From positions 70,990,001-71,054,000 of the forward strand of contig NC_091991.1 in assembly GCF_044704955.1 (NCBI RefSeq): a DNA stretch of 64,000 bases. The letters run 5' to 3'. This DNA is from Pristiophorus japonicus. Taxonomy: Eukaryota. The notes beneath the pieces are model-generated. The model had not been told where the DNA came from and searched no databases. It saw only the letters and a list, made by a program, of their open reading frames with translations. Shown here piece by piece: positions 63,846 through 64,000 of the stretch (the first letter of the stretch is position 1; every line of letters begins with the position of its first letter). Both the position numbers and the translations under genes were made by a program.

Positions 63846-64000
63846 GAGGCGATATTCATGCACAAGCGGACGATGGTGCCTCAGTGCTGTTTGAAGCAGC
63901 TGAAGGCGGGAATCCAGATTGTATCACTGTGCTGCTGGAGTATGGAGCAAATCCCAACGGACCAGACAACTCAGGCCACCTTCCGATCCACAGAGCAGCG
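63846..64000 (+). CDS. ASB15: ASB15 coding exon 6, cut by the window edge ([42 protein letters not shown])
   Basis: cag acceptor; near-identical to human [28 protein letters not shown]. Confidence 0.95.

Overview
Eukaryotic, repeat-dense vertebrate DNA. The CR1, Deu-type SINE and LTR repertoire suggests a cartilaginous fish (shark); this is inference. Host genes: a complete 5-exon NDUFA5 (minus strand, 21395-29505, 116 aa) and the first six coding exons of ASB15 (plus strand, 47196 to window end). A CpG-island promoter with an RFX X-box at about 16.1 kb is probably IQUB, by the IQUB-NDUFA5-ASB15 synteny known in mammals. Most of the rest is nested transposons: many CR1 LINEs (one near full length with an intact zinc-finger/SGNH-esterase ORF1), a shattered Gypsy element, MITEs, SINEs and a 2.1-kb minisatellite. 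Two LTR proviruses stand out. (1) 38454-43225 is very young and lacks pol: almost identical 666-bp LTRs, a 5-bp TSD, a tRNA-Ser PBS, a wrecked gag-like region, but an uninterrupted 466-codon frame for a class I fusion (F-like) envelope protein (lokiretrovirus-like or class III env-like). (2) 54289-60546 is a class III (ERV-L-like) endogenous retrovirus with an internally deleted env remnant, lying antisense in an ASB15 intron. All three LTR elements appear to be primed by different serine tRNAs.
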